A program made the position numbers and the translations under genes. The notes below the pieces were generated by a model. That model was not told where the DNA came from. It made no database searches and saw only the letters and a program-made list of their open reading frames with translations. A DNA stretch of 63,647 nt, the filler included, from Octopus bimaculoides (lineage: Eukaryota), in assembly GCF_001194135.2 (NCBI RefSeq). It is 10 parts of 9 records of this genome, joined end to end, with 100 filler letters (N's around TTAATTAATTAA, not from the genome) between each part and the next. Parts side by side here need not be neighbours in the genome. Positions count along the whole stretch, not along the records: positions 62,192 to 63,647 come from NC_069003.1; 9 more parts are not named here. One strand, written 5' to 3'. Of the stretch, positions 63,603 to 63,647 are shown piece by piece. Position 1 is the first letter of the stretch; each line of letters begins with the position of its first letter.

Positions 63603-63647
<45 letters not shown>

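Noticed and set aside
1-63647. CRISPR arrays, operons or other prokaryotic systems
   Set aside because: No repeat-spacer arrays or dense coding regions; the sequence is eukaryotic repeat-rich DNA

Overview
Eukaryotic, AT-rich, microsatellite-saturated scaffold sequence with roughly 12% N gaps. The SINE families and repeat style point to a cephalopod, probably an Octopus draft assembly (inference, not proven). I cannot identify any host protein-coding gene with confidence, and almost all listed ORFs are artefacts of simple repeats or N-runs. The supportable content is mobile DNA: several tRNA-derived SINE families (labelled A-E here, my labels), three mariner relics (one a palindrome built from two 5' ends), hAT- and Tigger-type MITEs, two unclassified foldback elements, a decayed R4/Dong-clade LINE (60.3-62.1 kb) and a decayed Penelope-like element with a GIY-YIG endonuclease (40.9-42.3 kb, minus). 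The most interesting signal is a set of minimal type I hammerhead-ribozyme motifs, three within 700 bp at 42.35-43.01 kb plus others at 40.0, 50.6, 30.4 and 15.4 kb. Also notable are an old, degenerate ~60-bp tandem array at 27.4-28.5 kb and a few well-formed minus-strand splice-site pairs suggesting the window may lie inside a long-intron transcript.
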